From assembly GCA_965214835.1 (NCBI GenBank), contig CBDCCK010000002.1:2304001-2368000 (forward strand): DNA of 64,000 bases. The letters run 5' to 3'. A program made the translations under genes and the position numbers. Below the pieces are notes generated by a model. That model was not told where the DNA came from and did no database searches. It saw only the letters and a program-made list of their open reading frames with translations. The stretch comes from Nitrosopumilaceae archaeon. Its GTDB lineage: Archaea; Thermoproteota; Nitrososphaeria; Nitrososphaerales; Nitrosopumilaceae. Every line of letters begins with the position of its first letter. Position 1 is the first letter of the stretch. Below, one piece after another: positions 20,416-31,072 of the stretch.

Positions 20416-21534
20416 ATGAACAAGAATACAAAAATCACGATCCTGGCAATTGCCGTATCTGCAATTGCCGCCTCTGCAATTGCCGCCTCTGCAATTGCCC
20501 CGGGCGTGGCAGCACAGAGCTCGATGGTACCAACCTGGATCAAGACCCCAATACAGGCCTGGTCACAGGGCATCGTGTCTGAGGAGGAGTTTCTTGACTC
20601 AATAACGTTCCTAGTTGAGAATCGAATAATCGAGGTCGGGGGACGCTCCGATGATGCAATGGTAGGTCCAGACGTTGATACTCTGACGATTGGCTTTATC
20701 CCGGTCGAAAAGGCAGAGGAGCTGACGCCGAGGGCAGAGGCATTAGAGGGATTTCTGGAGGATCGTCTGCCCGGAGTGGATGTCAAGCTGGTAATTCCCA
20801 CAAACTATGAGGCAATAATCGAGGGGATAAAGTTCGGCCACATTGACGGCGCGTTCATGGACACGGGTCCTGGCTGGATTGCACATCAGAGATCCGGCGC
20901 AGAGGCAGTCCTAGCCGAGGTCGTCAACGGCAAGATCAACTACCAGGCAACCGTCTGGACAAAGGCAGACAACGACTCGCTGCAGACAATAGAGGATACA
21001 GTTGGCAAGCGCGTGGCCTTTACCAGCATCACCGGCTCTTCTGGATTCGTCAGGCCGATGGGAACCCTGGTTACCAGCGGCGCCGTTGAGATTCAAGGGG
21101 ACGATCTTGTCGCCTTGGAGGGTGCACTGGCAGACTCGTTTGAAAGCCACACCTTTGCAGGGGGCTACAAGGCAGCGCTGACCCTGCTTCTTGAAGACAG
21201 GGTGGATGCAGCGTTTGCCTCAGACATTGCACCTGCAAAGTATCTTGAGCCAGAACAGCAAAGACAGCTGCGCCCAGTAGCCGCGATTGGCCCGGTGCCC
21301 TCGCACGTCTTTATGGTCTCATCGGAAATGTCTGATGGTACGCAAAAAGCCCTGGTGGATGCGCTCATTGAGCTCAACTATGACGAGAACAACGAGATTC
21401 TAAGAGGCCTGTACGGTGCCGAGGCGTTGCTGCCGACTAGTACCACGCTGCACATCGGCGAGTTTGGCACCTTTATTGACGCGCTGACCGGCCTTGACCA
21501 GAAGATCCTCGACAAGTACGACAAGAGCAAATAA
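20416..21534 (+). CDS. phnD: Phosphate/phosphite/phosphonate ABC transporter substrate-binding protein
   Basis: Signal peptide, VPTWIK module, TIGFIP, AFTSITGSSGF. Confidence 0.85.
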   Translation: MNKNTKITILAIAVSAIAASAIAASAIAPGVAAQSSMVPTWIKTPIQAWSQGIVSEEEFLDSITFLVENRIIEVGGRSDDAMVGPDVDTLTIGFIPVEKAEELTPRAEALEGFLEDRLPGVDVKLVIPTNYEAIIEGIKFGHIDGAFMDTGPGWIAHQRSGAEAVLAEVVNGKINYQATVWTKADNDSLQTIEDTVGKRVAFTSITGSSGFVRPMGTLVTSGAVEIQGDDLVALEGALADSFESHTFAGGYKAALTLLLEDRVDAAFASDIAPAKYLEPEQQRQLRPVAAIGPVPSHVFMVSSEMSDGTQKALVDALIELNYDENNEILRGLYGAEALLPTSTTLHIGEFGTFIDALTGLDQKILDKYDKSK

Positions 21535-21550
21535 AAATCAGGGCTTGGTA

Positions 21551-22384
21551 ATGGAAGTGCAGGCAATGGCGTCCTCCACCACATCTCTACCATCTATCTC
21601 CATTAGAAACATAGTCCAGATGAATGACGTGTGGGCATCGTATGACTCAAAGAACTACTCGCTCAGGGGGGTACATCTCTCAATCGAGAGGGGGACAAAC
21701 TATGCCATAGTCGGCGTCTCCGGTTCTGGAAAATCCACCCTGCTCAAGCTGCTCAACGGAATGATGAGGCCAAGCAGGGGAGCCGTAAGGGTCGGCTATC
21801 AAACCCCGGACATAAACTCAAAGGAATTCCGCAAGATGCTGCACGGGATAGGGTACATTCCACAGAACCTGGGACTGGTGAGGAACCTTTCGGTCAGGGA
21901 GAACGTCCTGATTGGCGCTCTTCCAAGGCTTGGAGTGCTGCAGTCCCTCCTAAAGTCCTTTCCAAAGGCGGAGCTTGATGAGGCCGGAAGAGTCCTAAGA
22001 CTGGTCGGGCTGTCTGACAAGACAGAACGCAAGGCATACATGCTAAGCGGCGGCGAAAAGCGGAGGGTGGCCATCGCGCGCGCACTGATGCAGAGGCCAG
22101 ACATTCTGCTTGCCGACGAGATTGTCTCCGAGCTGGATCATGTCACTGCCAGGGAGATCATGGATCTTGTTGCAGATGCGCAAAAAAGCATCGGGCTGAC
22201 TGCCGTCATGGTCCACCACGACATGAACCTAGCCCTGGAATATGCAAACAGGGTCGCGGTGATTCAGAACGGCAGCAAGGTGCTGGAGATCGGAGTCGAG
22301 GGAGACAGGATTGTGGACTTTCAGACGGGAAACCTGTCACAAGAGGAGATTTTGGAGATGTATCCTGGTGAGTCCAAAGAATAA
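21551..22384 (+). CDS. phnC: Phosphonate-type ABC transporter ATPase
   Basis: GVSGSGKST, LSGGE, ILLADE. Confidence 0.85.
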   Translation: MEVQAMASSTTSLPSISIRNIVQMNDVWASYDSKNYSLRGVHLSIERGTNYAIVGVSGSGKSTLLKLLNGMMRPSRGAVRVGYQTPDINSKEFRKMLHGIGYIPQNLGLVRNLSVRENVLIGALPRLGVLQSLLKSFPKAELDEAGRVLRLVGLSDKTERKAYMLSGGEKRRVAIARALMQRPDILLADEIVSELDHVTAREIMDLVADAQKSIGLTAVMVHHDMNLALEYANRVAVIQNGSKVLEIGVEGDRIVDFQTGNLSQEEILEMYPGESKE

Positions 22385-23156
22385 CCTGCTGGTGGGGGTG
22401 ATAGTAGCCCTGGTGATTGCCATTTCGATAAACATGGAGGCCGATCCTGCGGAGTTTGTCGGCGGATTCTCAAATATCGCAATCGTAATAGAGGAGATGT
22501 CCATAGAGGCATCTGACCTCGGCCTGTTCAAGACTGCGTTTTTTTCCATGTTTGAGACGGTTCAGATGGCCTTTGTGGGTACAATTGCCGGCGTTGCAAT
22601 ATCCATGCCCCTCAGTCTGCTTGCCGCCCGAAACCTGAACAGCAAGTGGGTCTATGCGCCGATGCGCGCCGTTTTGGCTGCAATCCGCACGTTTCCCTCC
22701 ATACTGTGGGCGCTGCTGTTTGTAATCATGATAGGGCTGGGGCCGTTTGCGGGAATCCTGGCCATCATCATGTATACAATAGGATTTGTGGCAAAGCTGC
22801 AGTACGAGTCGATTGAGACCATAGACTCAGATCCCGTCGATGCCGTGACCTCCATCGGGGTAAGCAAGAGCCAGCTGATCCGCTATGTCGTGATTCCCGA
22901 GTCCGCATCCCACCTGCTAAGCCAGGTTCTGTACATGTTTGACTATAACGTGCGGCAGACCAGCATCTTGGGAATCGTCGGCGCGGGGGGAATCGGCTTT
23001 TACATCATCAATTACATAAAGTTCTTCGAGTACGGCAAGGCGGTAGTCTTCATGCTGGTCGTGCTGGCAACCGTGCTGGCAATTGACTGGGCCAGCGTAA
23101 AGATCCGCGACAGGTACATCATAAAGTCGCAGCGCGGCACGCAGGTCAGAACATAA
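22368..23156 (+). CDS. phnE: Phosphonate-type ABC transporter permease
   Basis: ETVQMA, IRTFP, FDYNVRQTSILGIVGAGGIG. Confidence 0.88.
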   Translation: MSPKNNLLVGVIVALVIAISINMEADPAEFVGGFSNIAIVIEEMSIEASDLGLFKTAFFSMFETVQMAFVGTIAGVAISMPLSLLAARNLNSKWVYAPMRAVLAAIRTFPSILWALLFVIMIGLGPFAGILAIIMYTIGFVAKLQYESIETIDSDPVDAVTSIGVSKSQLIRYVVIPESASHLLSQVLYMFDYNVRQTSILGIVGAGGIGFYIINYIKFFEYGKAVVFMLVVLATVLAIDWASVKIRDRYIIKSQRGTQVRT

Positions 23157-23187
23157 GTTTTAGTAATCCCGTGCCCTAGTTGCAGGC

Positions 23188-23685
23188 ATGAGGGTTGCGC
23201 CGGTGCTTGCATTGGCTTTGATCGGCGGTGCCGTCCTGCCTGCATATGCGCAGTCAGATCCGTACCGGATATCAGTCGACGGGCACTCCTTTGACGTTGC
23301 CTACTCTGTGGACGCAGATGTCGTTGCCATGGAGATCGACGTGGAGCTGAACTCCCTGCTGGTGGGCCTTGAAGGCACCCGTGACTCTGTGTTTGAGATA
23401 CATCTGCCAGACGAGATGATCTCGGCAGAAGACGATGATTTTGTCGTCCTAGTTGACTGGGTGGAAGTAGATCATCGGATAGTAGAGCCCTCGCACACCA
23501 GCGCCCCCGAGGCTCCAGTGACCGTGGTGCAGTTCCCGGTTCAGGATGGCGCGCTGGAGGTCGAAATCATCGGAACGCATGTCATCCCAGAGTTTCCAGT
23601 AGCCATGATTGCCCTTGCAGCAGTCCTGACTGGGGTGGTCGTCATGTCTAAAAGGCGTGGTCTTCTAGGTCGTAACCCTGTCTAG
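23188..23685 (+). CDS. PEFG-CTERM-type surface protein
   Basis: Signal peptide; C-terminal VIPEF, TM helix and basic tail. Confidence 0.8.
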   Translation: MRVAPVLALALIGGAVLPAYAQSDPYRISVDGHSFDVAYSVDADVVAMEIDVELNSLLVGLEGTRDSVFEIHLPDEMISAEDDDFVVLVDWVEVDHRIVEPSHTSAPEAPVTVVQFPVQDGALEVEIIGTHVIPEFPVAMIALAAVLTGVVVMSKRRGLLGRNPV

Positions 23686-24690
23686 CTGGCCGGATTCTGC
23701 TGCAAGCCTTACCTCCCTTGCAATTCTTTTTCCCATGCTCATCGGCTCGTCATAGAACAGCGTGGAATACGGGGAGCCGTCCATGTAGATGTTGGTTCCT
23801 GCAACGATTCTTGCCGAGAACTCAAAGCTTGTAAACCTAGCATCTTCGTCATAGACGCCCTCGATGCAGAACGGGCCGTTCATGCCCGGCTCTACCAGCC
23901 GTGCCGATGCCTTGACAAAGTTCTCGCCCATCTCGTATACCTTATCAAGCAGGGACTCGCGCAGCACCATCGGGCTGTTTCCTATTACGTTAAACGAGGG
24001 CACCTTGCTGCCCTGAAGCTGCTGTCCTGCAGGGATTCTTGCCAGCCCCTCGATGTCGGACTCGTGTCTTTGGTCGATTCCGTAAAACTCCAGCTCCTCT
24101 TTTAGCGGGGAATAAAAGTACTGCAGGTATGCCAGAACGCCTGCGGCATACTCTTGGATGTACAGTTTTTCATCAGGCGAGATTAGTCCGTTCCCGATCA
24201 AGCTCGCTCTTTTTTCGTTATAGTCTCCCTCACTGGATGCCATAAAGTAGCCCTTGCCGCCTGCGGCACCCTGTCTTTTTACGATTGACAGGTTTTTGAT
24301 CTGGCTGGGATCCGACACCGGCGTTGGAACCGGCAGGCCGGACTCCCTCATCAGCTTTTCCTTCATTTCGCGGTCGGACTCCCACCGGAGGATCCACTTG
24401 TTTCCAAACACCGGAGTCTTGATGGACTCTATCTGCTCGGAGCTCATCTGTGCAACCAGGGTTCCGTGAGGCACCAGGACGGCGTCATTTTGCTCCAAAA
24501 CCTGCAGGCATCTTTGCTCAAGCAGCTCCAAAAACGAGTCTACGATCACAAACTCGTCAATGAATGGAAACCTGCGGTATAGCTTCTCACGCCTTTTCTC
24601 GCATACCAGGATTGTCCTCAGGCCCTCGTCCTTGGCTCCCTTTAGAACCTGCAGCGAGCAGTGCGATCCCAGCGTTGCAATTGAGGCCAT
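23665..24690 (-). CDS. purP: 5-formaminoimidazole-4-carboxamide ribonucleotide synthetase (PurP family)
   Basis: IATLGSHCSLQ, GGKGYF, FEFSARIVAGTN. Confidence 0.93.
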   Translation of the reverse strand: MASIATLGSHCSLQVLKGAKDEGLRTILVCEKRREKLYRRFPFIDEFVIVDSFLELLEQRCLQVLEQNDAVLVPHGTLVAQMSSEQIESIKTPVFGNKWILRWESDREMKEKLMRESGLPVPTPVSDPSQIKNLSIVKRQGAAGGKGYFMASSEGDYNEKRASLIGNGLISPDEKLYIQEYAAGVLAYLQYFYSPLKEELEFYGIDQRHESDIEGLARIPAGQQLQGSKVPSFNVIGNSPMVLRESLLDKVYEMGENFVKASARLVEPGMNGPFCIEGVYDEDARFTSFEFSARIVAGTNIYMDGSPYSTLFYDEPMSMGKRIAREVRLAAESGQLDRVTT

Positions 24691-24717
24691 CTTCTGATCA
24701 CTTGTCCCCCGCTGTCC

Positions 24718-24924
24718 TTATGAATGTGCTCCAGAGACATAATTGAAGACCTCGTCGATGATCTCCATGTTTACCTTTGGTTTTAGATCCTCAGGCATCG
24801 CTCCTAGTATAAAGTCAAACATGGTGGCACCTTCGGGAATCCTCCCCTTCTCCGAATATAGGGAGTATGCGGCAATCCCGTTTGCAATTATGGCCACCAG
24901 CTGCTCCCTTTCCGTCAGAGCCAT
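24718..24924 (-). CDS. Small hypothetical protein
   Basis: 68-aa ORF co-oriented upstream of purP, TATA-like element upstream. Confidence 0.65.
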   Translation of the reverse strand: MALTEREQLVAIIANGIAAYSLYSEKGRIPEGATMFDFILGAMPEDLKPKVNMEIIDEVFNYVSGAHS

Positions 24925-25746
24925 GTACTGAATAGGACTTGAGGGGGATTAAAATGATGGTACGAGGCCAGTCTTCCAATCTGTGTTAAAACGCCCGGGC
25001 CCTTTAGCGGTGGCAAACTGTGTCTCTCTGATCCACGCCTAGTTTGATATGGGCCGCCTTATGGCTTACGCTAGGTACAGGGGTCTGTTCCCCGGGTGGG
25101 AATGGTGCGCATTACTCTGCTGTCTTCTTCCCGGCCTCGGATGGCGGCTCGGATGATGCTGCAGTAGTAACAGCGGTAGCAGCCTCTGTCCTGCTCAGTT
25201 TGAGGCCGTACGTCCTGGGATCGTGTCCGGAGTATGGCGTCTTTGTCACGAGCATGGATCAGATGATCCTGATCATCTTGGTTGCCGCGTGCGTCCTGGC
25301 CACCATGGGCCTTGCGCTGTTCCTCTTGGATCCTGCATTGATCCTTCCAATCCTCTCGTCGTATATGGCGGCCGTGCGCGCAGCCTGAAGCATCGCCCGG
25401 TTGCACCTGTGGTTGGATGTCTTTCTCATCTTGCCGCAGTACTCCCTGTCGCCGGACTGGTGGACGGTCGGACACATGCCGAACCACGCAACAAGCTTGC
25501 CCGGGGTCTTGAATCTGCCAATGTCTCCGATCTCAGATACCGGCAGCATGGCCGCAGGCGAGTCGATCCCCGGAATGCTCATCGGGATCCTCGCATCCTC
25601 GCTGGCGCCGGCTTGTGTGGCTGTCTTCGTCTCGATATCTGCAATCTCCTCCGTGGGCTGCCTGACCCTTCTGGTATGCACGCCGAGAACCGCCCCGTCG
25701 TTGGGATCATCAAGTGCCATGTCTGTCAGCTGCCTGAGTCCCTTGT

Positions 25747-27114
25747 CAGTAGTTGAAAATGTACCCCATAAATCCGTCTAGCCGGGATCATGCCGCCGTC
25801 GCCCCACCCCGATCCTGTCGGCATCCGGCGCACGGAGGCAGCACGAATACAGGACCACGGCATACATCAGAGTCAGCAGCGCCATGACGCGGGTCTTTGG
25901 GTCTCCCGAGTCCCTCATTGTCAGCCATATGTTGCATACTGCAAGCGACATGTAAAACAAAAGCACACGCAGGACAGGATTCCTGCTGACGGTCCGCGGC
26001 CTGACGCTCTTGGCACAGCGGTATCCGGTCTCTATGCCCCACCTGTTCCGGTACTCTCTTGTCACATGGCAGAACAGCTGCCGATAGCTGCAGCAGCGCA
26101 CCGTGGTCGCAAACACGTGGTATCTGTCAAAGACGTTCTTTGCCTTGGACCTTGGGATCTTCTTGATGACCAGCGTGAACGTGAACTCTTTGCCGTCTGA
26201 CGACCTCATGGTATACCTTGATACTGCCTTTCTCTTGCCGCGGGCGCGCTGCACTATGGCCCTCTTTATCCCCGGCGTCTTGACTGCGGGCATGATGAAT
26301 GCAAACCCGGGTTCGGATATGGCATCCATTACATCGACCGAAAAGAACCCCCTGTCAAGCAGGATGATGCTGCGCCTTGACCCGAGCCTGGGCGTAATGC
26401 CCAGATCGGCGCATTTTTTGAGCATATTACGCACCAGATCGGCCTGTTTGTCGCCCTCGGTCACCATGCGGCAGGCCGTATGCACGTCGGCGCCGGCCTT
26501 GGATGTCAGCTTGCATGTCATGTACTGCTCATAGTTGATGGTGCCCCTGTCGCGCTTTGACTTTACCAGGTGCTTTATGTCGGTTTTCTTGTCGTATCTG
26601 GGCAGCTTGGTCGCGTCTATGGCAAGGACAGGCGCCTTGTGGCTCCTTTGGAGGGAGCAAAGCTGCCTGCCCACCGCCTCGGCGGCCGTGTAATGCAGCA
26701 TTGCATCGCACCTTTTCTCCATCGTGGACAGTCTTGCGTGCCCCAGCTTTGCAAGAAGCCAGGCCGAGCTGGGCACCGCGGCCCCGGCGCCTTCTGATGC
26801 AAGAAGTGCAAGCTTTTGGGCGGTATAGTGCGCACATGCGGAACGCTCCGACATGGATGCAATCAGGCGGGAGGCGTCTTCCAAGCCCCACATGGCGTTG
26901 TGTCTTGAGGAGAACTTGATTTTCAGCATGCCTACTGCGGTAACCAAGAATTTAAATCCGGCCTCACCGTACCTTGTGTGGTGTTTCTGTTGGGTTTGGT
27001 TCATTATCAAGGTAGACAGGAACACCGCTGTTTATAGCTCGATTGGTGAAAAAATCATGTCAACTTGTTCAAAACATTCAGACACTTAAAAAGGGGGTAC
27101 ATTTTCAACTACTG
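25747..27114 (-). mobile_element. ISH3-family insertion sequence
   Basis: 21-bp perfect TIR CAGTAGTTGAAAATGTACCCC, 5-bp duplication CTTGT. Confidence 0.9.
25778..27025 (-). CDS. ISH3-type DDE transposase
   Basis: LAIDAT, LLDRGF, YRNRWGIETGY. Confidence 0.9.
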   Translation of the reverse strand: MFLSTLIMNQTQQKHHTRYGEAGFKFLVTAVGMLKIKFSSRHNAMWGLEDASRLIASMSERSACAHYTAQKLALLASEGAGAAVPSSAWLLAKLGHARLSTMEKRCDAMLHYTAAEAVGRQLCSLQRSHKAPVLAIDATKLPRYDKKTDIKHLVKSKRDRGTINYEQYMTCKLTSKAGADVHTACRMVTEGDKQADLVRNMLKKCADLGITPRLGSRRSIILLDRGFFSVDVMDAISEPGFAFIMPAVKTPGIKRAIVQRARGKRKAVSRYTMRSSDGKEFTFTLVIKKIPRSKAKNVFDRYHVFATTVRCCSYRQLFCHVTREYRNRWGIETGYRCAKSVRPRTVSRNPVLRVLLFYMSLAVCNIWLTMRDSGDPKTRVMALLTLMYAVVLYSCCLRAPDADRIGVGRRRHDPG

Positions 27115-27158
27115 CTTGTTGGAGTATGCGTGTGACGAGTCGATCCTCCCGTCATACC

Positions 27159-27287
27159 GGGGTTGCCGCCTAATTCCACTTGTTTGACCCAATCTGCACG
27201 TTTTTCTGAATTTCCGCCCTTTTGCACGCCTGATCATATGGCATCTCAACGGTTTTCGGGGATTCTAGCGAATTAGGCGACAACCCC
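27159..27287. mobile_element. 129-bp MITE (GGGGTTGTC family)
   Basis: TIR GGGGTTG(C/T)CGCCTAATTC; near-identical inverted copy at 57263-57391. Confidence 0.85.
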
Positions 27288-27707
27288 CGTACGGACTGCA
27301 TATTATCAGCTTCTTGATCGGTTTTACAGGCTCACTCAACATCCAGCATCCTCATGATCTCGCGCCCGGCCCAGTCCATCACCTTTGCGGCGATCCTTTT
27401 TGGCTAGCCGGTGCCGCCCTCTGCCGGCCTGAGCGGCTGCGACCTCGTCTGCCTGTGTGCCTCCAGCTTGTCTGCGTCTATGACGGCCTTGAGATCCTTC
27501 AGCATAATGCGGTACAGATTATCTCCGAAGCTTCTGGGCATGGGAAAGAAGACCCGCCGCGGATGCATGCAGCGGCCACGCCGTATGACCGGGATGTGGC
27601 AAACTCTATCAGCCGGAATGTCGCAGCCGCCGACAGGCGTCCGTCCTATCGTTAGGCACCAACTAGATTATACAATCATCAGGTTTGCCACATTGAAGTA
27701 TCCCCTT

Positions 27708-28862
27708 CTAATTCAAACGTGTAAGATTCTTTGGTAGCATACCCTTATTCATATCTGACACAGCATGAATGGATGAAAATTGCATGCTGATCGCATCTAT
27801 TTTGGCCATGTTACATAGCAACTTCTTCATGCCCTCAGTTAATGACTCCATGCGTTGATCAAAGAAGTCACTACCGATATCCATTATTATCGAACCTCGA
27901 ACCTTTTCATAATCACCCAGACCAATATCATGTTTGTCAATTCGATCTATTGCCTCTTTGGCAAAATACTGGATGAAAAATGGATATTGATCGGCATCGT
28001 CTATAATCAAAGAAATCAGATCGTCTGAAAATGTCCAGTATGTTTTTTCCAGTGGTTTGGTTATGGCCTCCTTTGATGCCGGTTTTGTCAGATTGGAGAT
28101 TTGTAGGAACTTGAACATTCTTTCAGAATAGGATCGTGCATTTTTGACGTTGATTGACATAGGCAAGCCAGACAGAACAAGGGAGTACCTAAAGCCCTTG
28201 GCCTGCACCTGATTTATTGCCCAATAAAGGCCGAAAGCGTATACCATCCGTTTTGTTTCATGTTCTGGATTGTATGAAATTCGTCTAACAGAAACACTGC
28301 GCCTTCATAGTTTTCCCGTACAAACTTTGATTTTTTGATCAAATAGTCTGCAATCTGATCCTCCACCGGTGCATTGGAATCCGGGTTGCAAGAGGGCTCG
28401 TAGGATATCACTCCTAGAATCCCTATGTTTTTTGACTTTAGATAGCTGACAGCTGATTGGATCTTTCCCTTGGTTCTTTCCGTCTTTGAAAATTCCTAGA
28501 TTGCAGTGTCAGGATCATGCCTTATTGTCTTGAAAAATTCTGTCGGATCAGAGTGCTGTTCGCTGTACTGCAGACGCAGTATGGGCAAAAATCCCTTATC
28601 GGTACAAATCTCTGCAAACTTATTCAGCAGTACAGTCTTTCCCATACCCCTGATGCCCTGCATCAGCAGGTTTCCAACCTTCCCTGCTTTGACGTCTTTG
28701 GATTCCAGCTGGCCGCGGTGGCCTTTGGAACTGCATCAGCAGGTTTCCAACCTTCCCTGCTTTGACGTCACGCAGTATGTGAGAGAACTTGTCAATCTCA
28801 TGGTCACGCCCTGCCAGATATGGCGGCATGAGTCCAGATCCTAGATTAAACGGATTGTGCAT
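27708..28862 (-). pseudogene. AAA/ATP-binding protein, fragmented
   Basis: NPF..GSG..PPYLAGR, Walker A GIRGMGKT, Walker B FLLDEF; stops, frameshifts and a 73-bp repeat-spacer insertion. Confidence 0.8.
28658..28769. repeat. 39-bp direct repeat pair with a 34-bp spacer
   Basis: CTGCATCAGCAGGTTTCCAACCTTCCCTGCTTTGACGTC at 28658 and 28731. Confidence 0.9.
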
Positions 28863-29098
28863 GCTTTCTGTTGTGCTCTGCCTAGATAAGCTTGTGAATC
28901 CCTGGTTTGTGTGGGGTGGCGTCCCCTGCCTGCCATGTATGAAAATCATAAATCCGCGCCTAGCCGGTCGGGGACAGGCGACACCGCACCTTGCTTTCCA
29001 AGCAATGCCTAAATACCCCCACAGTAGCGATCAGATATATCGGGAGACCGGTCTCCCCTTGAGGACACCCCCCTCAGTTCCCGGTCTCTTGATTATCC

Positions 29099-29932
29099 TT
29101 ATACTATCCTTTCAAACTCGGCTAGCTTGTCTTTGATTTGATCCTTTGTCTTGCCTGATATTTTCTTGGGATCAAACAACCCCTCCCTTGTGTTATTTTT
29201 GACAAACTCCAAATCAAACGTGCAGAGGCATCCCTCCTCTCCGGTTACCAGTCTTGCATCGTCAATTAGGACAGAGCTTGTCTGGTACGTCTCCACAAGC
29301 AGACTGTCCAGCTCGTCAAACAGATCCTGCTTCTTTTTTGCCATCCTCTGAAAATCCTCGTCGGCCGAGTCATGGATTTCGGAATAAATTTTCTCCCGCA
29401 GGCTGTCATTTTCAAACAAGACCTCAAATAACCTCTCGTGATCCAGATCCGCATATCCTGACTCCCTTAGCCGGTTCAACACGAACTGATCGCTTTGATC
29501 CGCCAGTGCGGCCTCTCTTTTCTTTGTCACATCCATTATTTCTGACAGTTCTTTTTGTGCCTCCACGACCCTGTGATCCGTCCTATAGTACAGCAAGACA
29601 TGGAATTGAATCGAGACGTGTCCTGAAAGCAAATAGTTGCCGACCTTGGTCTCAAACTTTGCAAAAATCCTCCTTATATCCTCATTGTTTGTGGTTGTAA
29701 GATCCTGCACCGACCACCCCTCAAGCTTTTGGATGATTCCCTTAAAGTAGCCCTGGACCAGGCCGGGATCAAACGTCATCTGCTCCGTTACCGTGGCGTC
29801 CCCCAGCATGACCTTTAGAGGAACCGATCTCGTGTGCACCTTCATCCTCGCAACGAACCCTTCCTGAATCCTTTCATTCAGATCGCCTAGCTCGGACATG
29901 AAGGCATCGGAGGATCTGCTGCCTATCCGCAT
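29099..29932 (-). CDS. Hypothetical protein
   Basis: 277-aa intact ORF with a coiled-coil segment and CLC motif. Confidence 0.75.
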   Translation of the reverse strand: MRIGSRSSDAFMSELGDLNERIQEGFVARMKVHTRSVPLKVMLGDATVTEQMTFDPGLVQGYFKGIIQKLEGWSVQDLTTTNNEDIRRIFAKFETKVGNYLLSGHVSIQFHVLLYYRTDHRVVEAQKELSEIMDVTKKREAALADQSDQFVLNRLRESGYADLDHERLFEVLFENDSLREKIYSEIHDSADEDFQRMAKKKQDLFDELDSLLVETYQTSSVLIDDARLVTGEEGCLCTFDLEFVKNNTREGLFDPKKISGKTKDQIKDKLAEFERIV

Positions 29933-30007
29933 GGCCTGAATCTGATCACTCCCACATTAAACCTTGAGCATCCTATCTTAAATATGCCAAAATCGTATCA
30001 TGGGTGT

Positions 30008-30124
30008 ATGAGCAAGATGCTGTGCAATAACTGCAATGGCGATCTGACCGAGTATTATCACCACGGATACGGGGGAAGGCGGGGAAAATGCCCCGACTGC
30101 AAGGTTGATTTCCCCCTAGAATAG
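30008..30124 (+). CDS. 38-aa zinc-ribbon microprotein
   Basis: MSKMLCNNC...GKCPDCKVDFPLE, ending 1 bp before the cyclase ORF; not in the ORF track. Confidence 0.6.
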   Translation: MSKMLCNNCNGDLTEYYHHGYGGRRGKCPDCKVDFPLE

Positions 30125-30125
30125 G

Positions 30126-30929
30126 GTGATTGTCATGGGTGATTCTGAAGAGCGTCCAATTCCAACCGGAAGAGACGCCCCCGACGTGGTAGACATGATG
30201 CTGGGCAAAAAGGACGGCACGGTAGTTGATCACGATACCATGATACAGGAAACCCAGACCAGGGTGTGGGGGGCACTGAAAAAGGGATACGAGTATGCCG
30301 GCCCCACGGATAACTCCGAGGAGTTTCTCCGGAAGAACGTATTCAAAAGAATCCAGATGGTTTCCCTGTATGTGGATCTGGTTGGCTCCACCCAGATGAC
30401 ACTGGAGCTGCCAAGCGAAAAAATCGCGATAATCATCAGCTCGTTTGCCCAGGAGATGGCATCTGTCGTGCACCAGCACGAGGGCTATGTCCTAAAGTTT
30501 GTGGGAGATGCCGTGATCGGGTATTTTGTTGCCGAGAAGAACTCGCTGCGCGCCGCAGACAATGCCGTAAACTGTGCAAAATCCATGATTACCGTAATAG
30601 AGAAGGGAATCAACCCGATCCTGAACCAGTATGACTATCCTGATCTGCTGGTAAAGATCGGCATAGACTATGGACAAAACATCATTGTTCGGTATGGCGC
30701 AGATGCCGAGCAGTCCCATGTGGATGTCATGGGGCCTGCAATGAATATCGCAGCCAAGATCCAAGGCATGGCAAAGCCAAACCAAATCCTGATCGGGGAT
30801 GACGTCTTTGCAAGGCTGCATCCTGAGACCCAGAAGGAGTTCAGGCTGATTGAATGGAAGAACAACGAATGGCGGTATCGCTCAAGGGTTACTGGCCAAA
30901 TTTACCCCGTCTACGAACACCTGCCTTAG
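30126..30929 (+). CDS. Class III adenylate/guanylate cyclase domain protein
   Basis: LYVDLVGST, KFVGDAVI, DVMGPAMNIAAKIQ. Confidence 0.9.
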   Translation: MIVMGDSEERPIPTGRDAPDVVDMMLGKKDGTVVDHDTMIQETQTRVWGALKKGYEYAGPTDNSEEFLRKNVFKRIQMVSLYVDLVGSTQMTLELPSEKIAIIISSFAQEMASVVHQHEGYVLKFVGDAVIGYFVAEKNSLRAADNAVNCAKSMITVIEKGINPILNQYDYPDLLVKIGIDYGQNIIVRYGADAEQSHVDVMGPAMNIAAKIQGMAKPNQILIGDDVFARLHPETQKEFRLIEWKNNEWRYRSRVTGQIYPVYEHLP

Positions 30930-31072
30930 ACGGTAAACCTATCCGGACACTCAACGTGCTCATAGTGGTGTTCGGTGAGCTTTTCCCTGACCACATAGAT
31001 CACAATCTTGTGTAGATCCGTGTACTTGATCTCCTTTTTGCACCTTGTGCAGTGCTTCTTTGTTTGGGCCAT
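30926..31072 (-). CDS. 48-aa putative zinc-binding microprotein
   Basis: MAQTKKHCTRC...HYEHVECPDRFTV; not in the ORF track. Confidence 0.55.
   Translation of the reverse strand: MAQTKKHCTRCKKEIKYTDLHKIVIYVVREKLTEHHYEHVECPDRFTV

Larger units (their letters stand above)
25100..27660 (-). pseudogene. Degraded IS110 transposase split by an ISH3 element and a MITE
   Basis: SIPGI...EIGDIGRF...HQSG C-terminal domain at 25259-25720; DADKLEAHR-type N-terminal remnants near 27450-27500. Confidence 0.7.

Noticed and set aside
24955-24980. CT-CGTAC (minus strand) as the junction of the degraded IS110 at 25-27.6 kb
   Set aside because: Could equally be a truncated MITE end; the other junction could not be found
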